Shown piece by piece: positions 62,674-64,000 of a stretch of DNA of 64,000 bases (position 1 is its first letter; the number at the start of each line of letters is the position of its first letter). The notes under the pieces are model-generated. The model made no database searches and was not told the origin of the DNA. It saw only the letters and a list, made by a program, of their open reading frames with translations. The stretch is from Veleropilina oligotropha (Eukaryota): NCBI GenBank assembly GCA_048128005.1, contig JBEUKZ010000132.1, positions 62,001-126,000 on the forward strand, written 5' to 3'. The translations under genes were made by a program, and so were the position numbers.

Positions 62674-64000
62674 TAAATATGTTTTGTACTAACAATAATT
62701 TATTACAATTTATTATGTACCTTATATACCACAATGGTGGTCAGAGAGTAAAATAAAGAATCTGAATCATACTGAGCAATTCATTCACACCTCATCCGAT
62801 GGCGATGGTAATTAACTGTATTTGCATAATACCATTATTTTTGCGCCCATGAGTGATGACCTTGTCACATTTTGAATTCAGGGTATGTGAGAAAATGTGG
62901 TGTATTGTTGGTGCCATCATACCATCGCATCATACGCATGATAGAGCACCGAATCGATGGTGCGCCGGTATCATCGTATAGCAATAATCTTGTCATCGTC
63001 AACTTCATCAATGGCGTTGATACCACCATTGCATTAACAGTGCACCAGAGAGATATAGAAGGGGATATGCGCCAAAAATAAACTCTGTACATTTAAACTT
63101 TTAACATGTTAACCATGTACATTTATTTTCCGATATGCCGTTTTAAAGTGTAGATTTTCATACTTCAATTATTTAAGTTTAATAGTACAGAGTTTATTTT
63201 TGACACATATCCCCCTCTATAGAGAGAAGGTTGGTTGGTTGGCAACTTTTTGTTACGAATACTTTTGGCAATTTTTCAGCTTTATCGCAGTCGGGCCATC
63301 CTATCAGTTCGACCGATATAATATAGGTCATGCGCCTTCTATTAATTTAAACGGTTGAATGGTCCGACGTGAGATCGCACTCGGGCCCACCTAACAGACT
63401 GACGCTAACCTTTTATTATTTTTCAATTAAAGAACATATGGAACTGGCAGCGAAAAACGTATATTTATGATATTATAATAAGTGCAATTAAAATTACTTT
63501 AGCAAATACAAACACATACATCAATTTACAAATTAGTGACGTAGGCCTATTAAGCTTTATTAATACACATTAGAGCTTATTATCCGATATCGGTTTAATG
63601 CTTGATGCAGCCGTCAATATTTGTTCAACCTGATAGGTGATTGCTATTTTTCGCGAACTGGCACGATTGTACCGTTATAAGTAGCAGCGATATGTCTAAA
63701 ATATCATCAGTAAATTAGGGATGTTAATTGACTGGGACCTTTAGCTATACATTTTAAATAACTAATAAACAAATAAAATAATCCATAGACATGTTTGTTG
63801 ATACTTTTTATACATTTACATTTTCCGAATAGCCATTACCGAACAATAACCGTCGATGCTAAGTGAATGTTCATATTTATCTAGCAAAATACCAAGAACT
63901 ACAGATTTATTCTGCGAACATGTCGTGACGATGTTGATCCATGCATTGATGGGATTAATGATTAAATCAAAAGGATTTAGGACAGATGTCAGATGAGGCG

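Larger units (their letters stand above)
54848..62767 (+). mobile_element. Near full-length two-ORF LINE (RTEX-like by inference), decayed, with nested insertions
   Basis: 5' aagatggcgg; ORF1 coiled coil + SRSMRDNLIFTGL...RVHRMG...VNEQFP; ORF2 EEP + RT + HRLPIETGRW...CTKC...DEFH...C; 3' aataaagaatctgaatc tail. Confidence 0.8.

Noticed and set aside
62865..63092. Upstream exon of the class C GPCR
   Set aside because: The listed translations show no TM1-TM4 or cysteine-rich class C motifs, and I found no convincing splice sites

Overview
AT-rich, repeat-dense animal genomic DNA; no prokaryotic features. A mollusc or other lophotrochozoan is my inference from the SINE and HINE styles. Two host genes are visible. 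The first is a + strand USP36-like ubiquitin-specific protease, reconstructed as 16 GT-AG exons from 4388 to a stop at 30195 with consistent phases (about 1150 codons); its 5'-most exon(s) were not found. The second is the last coding exon of a class C (mGluR-like) GPCR on the - strand (54169-54609). Everything else is a nested mosaic of mobile DNA: a decaying Helentron (OTU-like protease, Zn finger, 15-aa repeats, HUH Rep, PIF1 helicase, AP endonuclease; ~33.1-40.3 kb), a complete but decayed Academ transposon (46113-51902), a near full-length RTEX-like LINE broken by four insertions, a Penelope fragment with an inverted terminal repeat and a degenerate hammerhead-like motif, several Helentron-associated HINEs, many MITEs (TTAA, TA, 3-bp, 5-bp and 6-bp TSDs), tRNA-derived SINEs, long palindromic elements and two young intronic minisatellites. 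I found no demonstrably new system. The best leads are the Helentron (domain set, CpG depletion, co-resident HINEs), the palindromic elements and the hairpin minisatellite. All calls were made by eye from motifs; no database searches were run.
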